A stretch of DNA of 64,000 nucleotides from a virus, in the IMG/VR virus record IMGVR_UViG_3300013104_000002, positions 82,491 to 146,490 of that record; one strand, given 5' to 3'. A program made the translations under genes and the position numbers. The stretch's first letter is position 1. Each line of letters opens with the position of its first letter. Under the pieces are notes generated by a model. It saw only the letters and a program-made list of their open reading frames with translations. It ran no database searches and was not told the origin of the DNA. Positions 10,293-19,617 of this stretch are shown here, one piece after another.

Positions 10293-10715
10293 ATGGCAAT
10301 AAAAAAGAATAAGATTATACATTGGAAATACGGAAATGAAATTATAGATGATATTTGTAAAACTCCAGAAGGAAGTATCTCTTTTATTTATAGAATTACT
10401 TTAGAAGATGGTAGATACTATTTAGGCAGAAAGACAATGAAAAAGCCTAATTATACTAGCGGTAAGATGAAAGGACAATGTAAAGGCGAGTATAGCTGGC
10501 GTAGTTATACAGGGTCTTCAAAAGAACTAACTGCACTAATTAAATCTGGAATAAAGTATGAAAAAGAAATTCTAAAATTTTGCTATTCAAAAGCTGAAAC
10601 TACTTATGAAGAAACAAAAACCATACTTTGTTCAGGAGCTTTAACAGATCCTAACTGTTTTAATTTTTGGATAAAAGCTACAGTATACTCGAAACACTTA
10701 AAAGAAAACAGTTAA
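10293..10715 (+). CDS. GIY-YIG family endonuclease
   Basis: FIYRIT...YYLGRK...WRSYTGSS...EIL...Y-x-E...N. Confidence 0.7.
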   Translation: MAIKKNKIIHWKYGNEIIDDICKTPEGSISFIYRITLEDGRYYLGRKTMKKPNYTSGKMKGQCKGEYSWRSYTGSSKELTALIKSGIKYEKEILKFCYSKAETTYEETKTILCSGALTDPNCFNFWIKATVYSKHLKENS

Positions 10716-10716
10716 T

Positions 10717-11184
10717 ATGAACTACGATAGTAAAGCAGATACATTAGAGCATATTAAAAGAGTAAGTGAATTACTAGGAGAATGTGCAATAAAATTAATA
10801 AAAAGAGCATCATTACATGATAATTCAAAATTAGAAAGCCCAGAAAAAGAAGGTTTTGATAAAATGACCCCTATTTTAAAGAATTTAGTTTTTGGCACAC
10901 CTGAATATACAGGATCTCTAAAAGAGCTTGAAGTAACCCTAGAGCATCATTATGCAAATAACAGCCATCATCCACAGCATTATAAAAACGGAGTAAATGG
11001 AATGGATTTGTTTGATGTCATAGAAATGTTTATGGACTGGAAAGCAGCAGGAGAAAGGAATAAGAATGGAGATATTTATAAGTCAATTTTAATTAATAAA
11101 GATAGATTTAATATTTCTGAACAGTTATGTGATATTTTTAAAAATACAGCCGATAATTTAGATTGGTATTTTGTAGAAAAATAA
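10717..11184 (+). CDS. HD-superfamily phosphohydrolase (DUF5662-like)
   Basis: H-x-x-R-V...HDNSK...HHYANNSHHPQH...EMFMDW. Confidence 0.7.
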   Translation: MNYDSKADTLEHIKRVSELLGECAIKLIKRASLHDNSKLESPEKEGFDKMTPILKNLVFGTPEYTGSLKELEVTLEHHYANNSHHPQHYKNGVNGMDLFDVIEMFMDWKAAGERNKNGDIYKSILINKDRFNISEQLCDIFKNTADNLDWYFVEK

Positions 11185-11249
11185 ATTAAAAAAGTCTTGC
11201 GTATATCAAATAAATTCCCTAAGTTTACAGTAATAAATAAAATATCAAA

Positions 11250-11954
11250 ATGAGAGAGTTAAAAAATGACATTCATTACAAAATCACTTTAGACGAAGAT
11301 CAAAAATTAGTTAAATCTGATATTTATGATAAAGAAATTGTTGTGATTTCAGGAAGAGCAGGATCAGGTAAAAGTTTAGTAGTTGCACAAACGGTACTTG
11401 ATTTAATTTTTAAAGGATACGTAGATAAGGTGTATGTAACCCGTGCAGCAGTTGAGGTTGGTAAAAGTTTAGGATTTCTTCCTGGTGAGCTTTCTTCAAA
11501 ATTCGATCCCTATATTGAGGCATTTAGAGATAATTTATATGCGTGTTATGATAAGAATAAAGTTGATAAGCATCTTACTCATCTAAGTGGAGGTGAAGAA
11601 AATAAAGACAAAAATGCTAATAAAACTACAGTTGCAAAAATTGAAGGTATACCAACACAATATATCCGAGGAAAAACAATAGGGAACAGAGAGGTATTAG
11701 TAATAGAAGAAGGTCAAAATTTAACTGAGTTTGAAATGGAGGCTTTATTAACTCGCCTAGGAAAAGGAGGTAGAATTGTAATTAATGGAGATAATGCACA
11801 AAAAGATATCAGAGAAACTTATACTGGATTAGATTTTGCTATAGAATTAGCTAAAAATATTGAAGGCATTGCTTATCATAAATTGAAATCAAATCACAGG
11901 TCAGATTTAGTTGGTAAAATACTAGATTATAAATATAATAAAGTTTCTAAATAA
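11250..11954 (+). CDS. phoH: PhoH-like ATPase
   Basis: GRAGSGKS, TRAAVE, LGFLPG, YIRGKT, EEGQN, TRLG, GD-x-x-Q-x-D. Confidence 0.92.
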   Translation: MRELKNDIHYKITLDEDQKLVKSDIYDKEIVVISGRAGSGKSLVVAQTVLDLIFKGYVDKVYVTRAAVEVGKSLGFLPGELSSKFDPYIEAFRDNLYACYDKNKVDKHLTHLSGGEENKDKNANKTTVAKIEGIPTQYIRGKTIGNREVLVIEEGQNLTEFEMEALLTRLGKGGRIVINGDNAQKDIRETYTGLDFAIELAKNIEGIAYHKLKSNHRSDLVGKILDYKYNKVSK

Positions 11955-11957
11955 ATA

Positions 11958-11989
11958 TTTGCATAATTAAAATAAAAGTATTATATTTG
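11958..11989 (+). promoter_or_regulatory. promoter of non-coding cassette 1
   Basis: TTTG 11958-11961, TATATTTG 11982-11989; nearly identical to the promoter at 44590-44620. Confidence 0.7.
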
Positions 11990-11998
11990 CAGTATAAA

Positions 11999-12424
11999 GA
12001 TTGAGAAAATAAAGTGTGGCTCTTATAGATTAGTTGCGGGTTGATCAGTGTTCCGCGTAAAAAATTAACGAGTCGGCGCAAGTTTAGCTTAGAAATAAGT
12101 TCCAAGTATCACGAAGGCTGGATTAAATAAACTAAAAAACTCTAACCATAATCAATTTTTAACAGAAACAGAAGTTGCCCCAAAATAAATATTCGTAACG
12201 TTAAATCGTAATAGGCGCACGAAGGAGTTATTCCGCGATATTTATCTTCTGTTTTTATTATTTTGCGCGAAATCTAAAAAATATAAAGATCAAGCAGTTG
12301 TATATATTTCAGAATTAGGATCGTAATTACGCAACTTAAAATAAGTAATTCAAAGAAGACTATGAGTTTTTGACGGTTGAGCCTTTAAAACTGTTCCCTT
12401 CCTGCCGATGAGAATGGCTTATTT
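11999..12424 (+). ncRNA. array of about four candidate structured small RNAs
   Basis: No ORF >=60 aa, locally higher GC. Consecutive closing stems: ~11999-12157; AAACAGAAG/CTTCTGTTT (12166-12254); AGTTGT/GCAACT (12296-12336); AAATAAGT/GCTTATTT (12339-12424). Confidence 0.5.
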
Positions 12425-12456
12425 GGGTTAAAATAATAAAATAACGTATAGAAAGT

Positions 12457-12490
12457 AAGGGAGTGAAAAGCTTGAAAGTAGCTCCCTTTT
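12457..12490 (+). terminator. intrinsic terminator closing cassette 1
   Basis: AAGGGAGT...GCTCCCTT followed by TT. Confidence 0.55.
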
Positions 12491-12638
12491 AAATTAAAAA
12501 TTATGACAAAATTCACTAAAGGCTTCACTTATTTTTATAATGGTCGGAAATTAAAAGATTTCGATGAGTGGGAAAAATATTTTAAGAAAGCTCCAACAAC
12601 AGTAACTACAATAATTAAAAACCTAGAAGTGCATTTAT

Positions 12639-13133
12639 ATGATTAATTTTACAGAAAGTAATACAGGAGGAATAATTTTTATTTCAAATTTAGGTTTTTC
12701 CACAGAACAAAGTAAAAAAGAACAAGAAATGGGACACCGATTATATGATGAAGCCAGAGAGCAACAAAATAAAATACAATATAAAAACTACTTAACTTCT
12801 AAAGAATTAAGTGACATGGAAGAAGTAAAAGAAACAGGAGTAAAACTAAACCAAGGAAAACCAGAACTATCTTTGTTATTTAAACAGTTCCCAAAAGCTT
12901 TAGAGGCAATTGCTAAATGTTCCGAATATGGTCATACTAAATATAAAGAAACAGATACAGATTATTTGAATTTTAAGCGTGTTCCAGGAGGAAGTAAAGC
13001 CTATGCAGATGCTGGATTAAGGCACAGACTTTTTAAGGAAGGAACAACAGATTTAGATAGTCAATTACCACATTCTTTCCATACTGCATGGAATGCTTTG
13101 GCGGAGTTAGAACTTATACTAGAAAATAAATAA
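12639..13133 (+). CDS. dATP/dGTP diphosphohydrolase (DUF5664-like)
   Basis: GVKLNQGKPELSLL...YG-x-x-KY...Y-x-DA-x-LRH...D-x-DSQLPH-x-x-H-x-AWNALA-x-LEL; the true start may be downstream. Confidence 0.8.
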   Translation: MINFTESNTGGIIFISNLGFSTEQSKKEQEMGHRLYDEAREQQNKIQYKNYLTSKELSDMEEVKETGVKLNQGKPELSLLFKQFPKALEAIAKCSEYGHTKYKETDTDYLNFKRVPGGSKAYADAGLRHRLFKEGTTDLDSQLPHSFHTAWNALAELELILENK

Positions 13134-13309
13134 AATTAATTATGAGACTAAAAGTCCATCTAATATCACAATCTAAGCCTGTAGAGCATATAGAAGTTAT
13201 AAATACATATATAAAATCAGGTATGTATTGTATTTTATTACCTAATGAAGAGGTATATAAATATCCAATGATAAATATATTTAGAGTAATTGAAAATTAA
13301 TAAAAAAGA

Positions 13310-13783
13310 ATGACAAAAATTAAACTATTATATCTAACTAAAGTAGGTATACGACCAAACGAAATCGGCGAAAAAAGAATTCAAAATGCTTTAGAAAAAG
13401 AAAAATCAGCAGGTAAAACAGATGGTATGCCTCTAAGTTTCTATATAGAAAATAATTTAAGACCGCCAGATGATGTTGAAGACGATCAATCAGAGATAGA
13501 TGAAGACGGAAATATTACTTTACAAGACCATGAAATGGAGTCATTTTATACTGAAGCTATTCTAAACCTGGAAGATTTCTCTATGGTAGTTGATGATGAA
13601 ATGGAAGGAGCAACCGTTTACACTAAATCAGGTGCTTTTATCAATGTTGAACAAGATTCAGATGATGTGCATGCCCAGATAGAGTATTTAAATAGAGGTT
13701 GGGCGGAAAGAGTTAAAGACTGGATTCAACAACAGATAAGAATATATAGATACAGAAAACAACAAAAAAAGTTGCACAAGTAA
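13310..13783 (+). CDS. acidic hypothetical protein
   Basis: 157-aa ORF. Confidence 0.65.
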   Translation: MTKIKLLYLTKVGIRPNEIGEKRIQNALEKEKSAGKTDGMPLSFYIENNLRPPDDVEDDQSEIDEDGNITLQDHEMESFYTEAILNLEDFSMVVDDEMEGATVYTKSGAFINVEQDSDDVHAQIEYLNRGWAERVKDWIQQQIRIYRYRKQQKKLHK

Positions 13784-13802
13784 AATAAAAGTAGTATATT
13801 TG
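13772..13802 (+). promoter_or_regulatory. Bacteroidota primary-sigma promoter
   Basis: TTG 13772-13774, TATATTTG 13795-13802. Confidence 0.65.
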
Positions 13803-13993
13803 CATTAAATAAATATAAAAATGGAAAGATTAGTAACACACACTATTGAAGAAAAAAGAGACGGAAAGAAGATAGTTAGAAATTTCTTCTTTAATGAAGA
13901 TAAGACAAACTGGCTAGAAAAAGCCCAATCTTACTTTACAAAACATCAAAAGAAAGTAGCAAAATTAAAACATAAAAATCAAATTAAATAAAA

Positions 13994-14716
13994 ATGGCGT
14001 TAGAGAAAAATTATCTACAACTTGAATTTGGAACGGGGTTGTTCTTCGACTACAGTGGTGAGGAGAAACAAGGTTATGAAAAACACACATCATCAAAAGG
14101 AAATGTGTCTTATAGAAAGTATTATAAAGACGGAGTATCAGGAGTATTAGAATCTGTTTCTATCTATCAGGGAAAATTCGGAAATCAAATTTCTATGAAT
14201 ATTAAAGATGGGGAAAAAGTATTTTATGTTCCTGTAGATATTGCAGACCAAAAAGGTAATGTCGATACATATGCGGAAAGCTTGACTAAATTATTACCTC
14301 AATTAGTAAAAGGTAAAACTGTAACTGTAAAAGCTTATAATTTTACTCCAGAAGGCGAAAAATATGCTAAAATTGGAGTTTCTATTACTCAAGACGGGGA
14401 GAAATTAAAAAGTGCTCTTACAAATGCTTATTACAAGGAAGGTAAACTGGTTGAAGGAGATATTCCAGCTATTGTTTGGAAGGAAGATGCTTTAGGTAAA
14501 AAGAAACCATCTGCGGTATCGTTAGAAGCCAAAAACGATTATCTACTTAATGTAATTAAGGAACAGACAGAAAGATTAAAATGGGTTCAAGGTGAAAACC
14601 AAACTCCAGATACATCCACTAAATCCGATCCAAAAGCAGTAAAACCTGTTGCTCCTAGCGACGCATTTGAACCAGCCACAAATGTAAATACTGATTATGA
14701 AAATTTACCTTTCTGA
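13994..14716 (+). CDS. putative single-stranded DNA-binding protein
   Basis: Beta-rich body, low-complexity linker, acidic C-terminal tip DYENLPF. Confidence 0.6.
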   Translation: MALEKNYLQLEFGTGLFFDYSGEEKQGYEKHTSSKGNVSYRKYYKDGVSGVLESVSIYQGKFGNQISMNIKDGEKVFYVPVDIADQKGNVDTYAESLTKLLPQLVKGKTVTVKAYNFTPEGEKYAKIGVSITQDGEKLKSALTNAYYKEGKLVEGDIPAIVWKEDALGKKKPSAVSLEAKNDYLLNVIKEQTERLKWVQGENQTPDTSTKSDPKAVKPVAPSDAFEPATNVNTDYENLPF

Positions 14717-14717
14717 T

Positions 14718-15243
14718 ATGAGTAATCAGATTTGTAAAAAATGCTTTCTAAATAAATCTTTTGAAGAATATTATAATCAACCTAATTCAAAATCAGGTAT
14801 TCAAACAACATGCAAATCTTGTGTAAAAGAAAGAGTAAAAATTAGACATCATAAGGTTAAGTCAAAACTCAGAATTTGTTGAAAAGGAAAGAATTAGACA
14901 CAAAGAGAAATACTCCAGATTAGGGTATAAAGACTCTCAAAAAGAATGGGATAAAGATAAACCTTGGAAAAATTCACGAATTTATAAATCTCTTAGAAAA
15001 AATTACCCAGATTTAAATAATAATCTTGAATTACACCATTGGAATTATAATGACGAATTTTTAGAAGATATTTTTATTTTAGATGTTAAGGAACACAAAA
15101 GTTTACATAGATACCTAAAATTAGATATTGAAAAAAGACTGTTTTATTTAGAAAATGGAACTTACTTAGATAGTAGAGAGAAACATAAGAATTTTATAGA
15201 AAGTTTAGATTTTAAAATTATTGAGTATACTCCTGTCATGTAA
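14718..15243 (+). pseudogene. frameshifted HNH homing endonuclease
   Basis: N-terminal CKKC...CKSC zinc ribbon stops at 14882; removing one base near 14855 continues into ELHHWNY...EH-x-x-LH and TAA at 15241-15243. Confidence 0.7.
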
Positions 15244-15275
15244 AAAGTGATGGGAGTTTAAATTAAAAACAAAAA

Positions 15276-15683
15276 ATGACACAAGAAAAAGAAATAGTTA
15301 ATAAATACGATTATATTTACGATAAAGATCAAGTAATTGCTATAAATGGAAACGCTTTATTAAGTTTTATGACGTTCCTGGAGCAAGTAGTTGAAAAAGA
15401 ACCAAAAATTGCCGCTTTAAGAGTTTACCCAAAAGAAACTTCTGAAATTAGAGATGAAAAAGGAGAATTGGTTAAGGTAGAGGTAAATTGGGAAGAGCAT
15501 AACCCAAACAGTTTCTTTTTTACTGCCGCAGATAATAACGGAGGTGTACCAATAATGACTGAAATAGCTTTAAAAGCCGAACAATTATTACATGCCTTTA
15601 CTTTAATTCACCAGGAAAATATCAACAACAAAATCGCCAAAAAACAACAAGATATAAATGCAGCAAACATTTTTAAAGCATAG
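15276..15683 (+). CDS. hypothetical protein
   Basis: 135-aa ORF. Confidence 0.7.
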   Translation: MTQEKEIVNKYDYIYDKDQVIAINGNALLSFMTFLEQVVEKEPKIAALRVYPKETSEIRDEKGELVKVEVNWEEHNPNSFFFTAADNNGGVPIMTEIALKAEQLLHAFTLIHQENINNKIAKKQQDINAANIFKA

Positions 15684-16019
15684 TGAATACCTGAAAAGAA
15701 TAAAAAAATTACTTAGTGCAGATTTTGTAGGCTGGGTAACAGAAGGTAGTAAAAAATCCCTAAAGATTAAGGTAGGTAAGAACGAGCATTATTTACCTCT
15801 TGAAGGGGAAATTATAAATGAAGAAACTTATAGAGATTTGATTACTAAAATACTAAGTCCCGATGAAAGAAGAGAATTATAAAAAACTATATACCTACCT
15901 GTTGGAGCAAGGAGAGATTCGTCGAATGAAAAGAATGACAGGAAATTGGGAGCAGGATCGCGAAAAATTTATTAAATACCAAACAGAACTAGAAAACCAA
16001 GCTAACATAATAAACGTAG

Positions 16020-17582
16020 ATGAAGCCGAATAATATATTAATTGACGATCAAAAATTACTAGATGAAGGGTTTATGTTATCTTGTTATGCTATTCAAAGG
16101 ACGTTAGGAGCAGAAGGAAGATTAGCTTTATTGGATAATGTAGATAAATTACCAAAATCAACCAAAGATGGTGTTGGAATTATTAGGCACATTAGATTTC
16201 CTAATAAAACAATGAATTTTGGAGCATTACAGGCTATTGCTGGCTCTCTAAGAACATTAGAATTATGTGGAGATGCAACTACTACGACAGCTGTCTTTAT
16301 GTTGGGTTACATGAAAAACATAAAAAGAAAGTATTTTAATAAAGCAGTTGAGAGAGGCATTCATATTGGAGTCAAGGAAGCTTATGAACACTTAGATATG
16401 TTATCAAAAACAGCTACTCCAAATGACTTGCTTAGAATAGCCAGGGTTGCGTGTAATAATGATGAAAAATTAGCCAATACTTTAATAGAGGCTTTTGATT
16501 ATGCAGGAGAAGATGGAGTAGTAAGCTATTCAGTAAAAGAAAATAAAGAATTTACGGAGTTTGTAGCAAGAGATGGAATGTTTTTAGACACTCATGGTTA
16601 TACAAGTCCCTTTTTTATTAATAAAGAAGATAAACAAGCTTGTTTTGAAGGAGAGAAAGTTGCTGTCATATGTAGTGCAACGTGGGAATACTCTCAACAC
16701 ATAATTAATCAAATCCAATTATTCTATAGTCAAAATATTCCAAGATCTACACCTCTTATAGTGTTTATTGAAAGATCTAACTCTGATATGACTGAAAAAC
16801 TAGTTTCTTTAAAGGAAGTAGGATTTAATATATGTTTAGTTGCAACTAGTGGATATGATGAATTTGAAAGTGAAACCCTTTTAAACGATGTGGCTAATTT
16901 TACAGGAGCTTCAGTTTACAATCCTAGGAATCCAGATTCAAAAGTAATCTTTGGGGTAGCAGATAAAATATGTGTTACCTTAGAAAACACCAGCATTGTA
17001 GTAAATGATGTTCCAAAAATATTTAAAGAAAGTTTAGAAAAATTAGAAAAATCTGAAAAACCAGACCCGAGACGTATAAAAAGATTAAAAACAAGAGCTG
17101 CTATAATTGAAGTAGGAGGTTTAAACTTACAAAATGCAGTGGAGATTGGAGACAGAATCGAAGATGGTATTGGAGCTATAAAAAGTGCTAAAAAAAGTGG
17201 TTTTGTTGTAGGAGGAGGAGCTGCTCTAGTCTTTATCAGTAATCTAATGACTAAAAGAATTAACAACAAGGAGGAACAAAGAGGATACGACTTAGTAAAA
17301 ACTGTACTTAAACAACCTATGTTAGCCATCCTGGAAAACTCTAATAGAAAACAGCCTAAATTTTATGAGTTCTGGAAGAAAGACTATTTAGGTGAGGCTA
17401 TGAAAAAATATGGAAGGGGTTATAATGCTATTACTGATGAAATTACTAATTTATTAGATGATGGTATTATTGACAGTAAATATTCTTTAAAAGTAGCATT
17501 GGAGTCAGCTACGGAAAGGGCAATACAGCAGTTAAATACAAGTATTATTATACACTTTCCAGAAAATCAAAGTTTAGATTAA
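16020..17582 (+). CDS. groEL: phage chaperonin GroEL-like
   Basis: TLG-x-x-G, TKDGV, GDATTT, G-x-DGV, GYTSPFFIN, IEVGG, RIEDG, G-x-V-x-GGG, GIID. Confidence 0.92.
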   Translation: MKPNNILIDDQKLLDEGFMLSCYAIQRTLGAEGRLALLDNVDKLPKSTKDGVGIIRHIRFPNKTMNFGALQAIAGSLRTLELCGDATTTTAVFMLGYMKNIKRKYFNKAVERGIHIGVKEAYEHLDMLSKTATPNDLLRIARVACNNDEKLANTLIEAFDYAGEDGVVSYSVKENKEFTEFVARDGMFLDTHGYTSPFFINKEDKQACFEGEKVAVICSATWEYSQHIINQIQLFYSQNIPRSTPLIVFIERSNSDMTEKLVSLKEVGFNICLVATSGYDEFESETLLNDVANFTGASVYNPRNPDSKVIFGVADKICVTLENTSIVVNDVPKIFKESLEKLEKSEKPDPRRIKRLKTRAAIIEVGGLNLQNAVEIGDRIEDGIGAIKSAKKSGFVVGGGAALVFISNLMTKRINNKEEQRGYDLVKTVLKQPMLAILENSNRKQPKFYEFWKKDYLGEAMKKYGRGYNAITDEITNLLDDGIIDSKYSLKVALESATERAIQQLNTSIIIHFPENQSLD

Positions 17583-17590
17583 CAAAGTTT

Positions 17591-17631
17591 AAGAGAAAAT
17601 GAGTAACTCAGGTGAAAATTTTCTCTTTTTT
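17591..17631 (+). terminator. terminator after groEL
   Basis: AAGAGAAAAT/ATTTTCTCTT stem plus T tract. Confidence 0.55.
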
Positions 17632-17632
17632 A

Positions 17633-17664
17633 TTTGTGTATATAAAAAATAATTACTATATTTG
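17633..17664 (+). promoter_or_regulatory. Bacteroidota primary-sigma promoter
   Basis: TTTG 17633-17636, TATATTTG 17657-17664. Confidence 0.7.
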
Positions 17665-18123
17665 CTATATTAAAATTAAAAATTATGAAAAATTACACAA
17701 GAGACGAGTTAATAGCATTTGGTAAAAATTGTTTTTATAAAGGTTTTGATAAAGGTTTTGATAAAGCAGAAAACTACGATGTTAATTGTTTCACAGCTTG
17801 GAGGGAAGAAATAGAAAATTTACTTTCTAACCTATACTCAGAAGAATGTTAGTACGCTTAGAAAAAATCAGAAAAACCAATAGTAGTCTAGTCATAGATG
17901 AAGTTGGTAAATTACTTGGTAAGATCAGAGAGGATTTGTTTATAGATTGTATTTTAGATAGAGATTTATTAGAGGAAGATGAATATTATTATTTTTGGGT
18001 TGATAAACATAAGCTAAATAAATGTTTGATAAAAATTATATAAAATAAAAATAAAATTATGTAACATAGCTAAATTTTAATAAGCTAGTTTTGCCACATT
18101 ATTAAAACAAATTAAAAACAAAA

Positions 18124-18882
18124 ATGGAAAAAACAAAAGTAACAACAAAAGAATTAATTGGAAGATATAAGTATTTATTAGCTGGCATTACAACTTTATT
18201 AATATTTTTTTCAGTAAGGTCATGTGTGAACAAGCAAAGTGCTATGTTGGCTGGAATTATTTCCAACCAAAAAGAACAAATAGCTAAGCTAGAGGACGGA
18301 GTAAAGGTTTCAGAAAATGATCGGCTTAGAATTAAAGATTCGGCGAGACTTGAAGACATTAAAGCACAAAAATATATTGCTTCACTACAAGACAGAATCA
18401 AAAACAGTGAGAATAAAGTCAATTCATTAGAAACTGACGCTAAAAAAGCTAAAGAAAAAGTAAAAAACTTATCTTACAGTGAATCAGCAAAAGAATTTAA
18501 TGAAATTTACAAAACAAATAATGCGGAAGCTTTAACCACTGGGGTTAATTTAAAAAATAATTTACCTAATTTAGTTCTTGAAACAGTAGTAGGAGCAAAT
18601 TACGCGCAAGATATCATAAAAGAAAAAAATACCCAGTTATTTGCAAAAGACAGTATTATTTTAAATAAAGATTCACAGTTAAAAAACTCATCCCTAGTTC
18701 TTCAAGCAACAGAAAAAAGTTTAAAAGATAACCAGGAACTAAATAAATTACAAAAAGAGTTTAGTAAAAATCTGGAAAAAGAGAATAAAAAATTAAAGCA
18801 AAAAAATACTTTAAATAAAATACTAGTACCCGCTGCTGCTGTATTAGGGATTATTATCGGAGTTAAAACATCTGGGAAATAA
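18124..18882 (+). CDS. membrane-anchored coiled-coil protein (spanin-like?)
   Basis: N-terminal TM segment followed by SC, long coiled coil, C-terminal hydrophobic segment. Confidence 0.4.
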   Translation: MEKTKVTTKELIGRYKYLLAGITTLLIFFSVRSCVNKQSAMLAGIISNQKEQIAKLEDGVKVSENDRLRIKDSARLEDIKAQKYIASLQDRIKNSENKVNSLETDAKKAKEKVKNLSYSESAKEFNEIYKTNNAEALTTGVNLKNNLPNLVLETVVGANYAQDIIKEKNTQLFAKDSIILNKDSQLKNSSLVLQATEKSLKDNQELNKLQKEFSKNLEKENKKLKQKNTLNKILVPAAAVLGIIIGVKTSGK

Positions 18883-19104
18883 TGAATTGCTTGACTTATT
18901 TATTAGATTTGTGGCGGAAAGGAGAAAGATTTAAAATCTTATATTCAGGAGATCATTGCATCGGGTATAATTCAGAAGATTATTTTGATTTTGGAAATTA
19001 CACTTATAAAAAATCTGAAACTTTTATCTCTTTAGAGAAATGCCACTCCAAAGAAACAGTAATTAAGATATTTGATTTACTACAAAAAGATATTGAGACA
19101 ATAA

Positions 19105-19617
19105 ATGAATACTACACATATAAAAAAATTAGAGAATAAACTGAATTCAGTGAAAGAAGTAGCGACTTTGACACAATTACAAGATGTAAATACTGATCTA
19201 ATATTAACTTTGTGCGGTAATAAAATAGGAGCAGGTAGTTATAGAACAGTCTATGAATATAATTTAGACTCAAAATATGTAATAAAAATAGAACCTAACG
19301 CTACAGACGCAAATATTACGGAATATATTTTGTGGGATGAAATACAAGGATTACAAAAAGAATTAGCTTGGGTTAAAGATTGGTTTGCCCCAGTTCTATG
19401 GATAAGTCCTAATAACAAAATATTAGTAATGCAAAAGACTGAGGAAAAACCTCAAAAGCAAAGACCTAGAGAAGTTCCTGCATTTTTCACAGATTTAAAA
19501 TACGATAATTGGGGATGGATAGGAAATAAATTTGTATGTCATGATTATGGGTTCATATATCGGTTTATAAAGTACGAGAAAAAATTTCAAAAAATTAAAA
19601 AAGATGCTTGGTGGTAA
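19105..19617 (+). CDS. minimal Ser/Thr protein-kinase-like protein
   Basis: IGAGSYR-x-VY Gly loop, VIK, helix-C Glu, DLK-x-DN catalytic loop, DYG. Confidence 0.75.
   Translation: MNTTHIKKLENKLNSVKEVATLTQLQDVNTDLILTLCGNKIGAGSYRTVYEYNLDSKYVIKIEPNATDANITEYILWDEIQGLQKELAWVKDWFAPVLWISPNNKILVMQKTEEKPQKQRPREVPAFFTDLKYDNWGWIGNKFVCHDYGFIYRFIKYEKKFQKIKKDAWW

Noticed and set aside
12403-12412. CCGATGAG resembling the hammerhead core CTGATGAG
   Set aside because: The core is mismatched, and no matching stem II/GAAA arrangement was found.
11990-12490. CRISPR array or tmRNA
   Set aside because: No repeated unit with regular spacers and no tmRNA tRNA-like ends; only one repeat-like unit is present.
16916-17329. 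Antisense ORFs in the track (also 4452, 18102, 48566, 56796, 60631, 61321 and others)
   Set aside because: Shadows of well-supported plus-strand genes, with no promoters or recognisable motifs.
17737-17766. 12-bp tandem duplication ATAAAGGTTTTG
   Set aside because: In-frame local duplication in a small ORF; no wider pattern.
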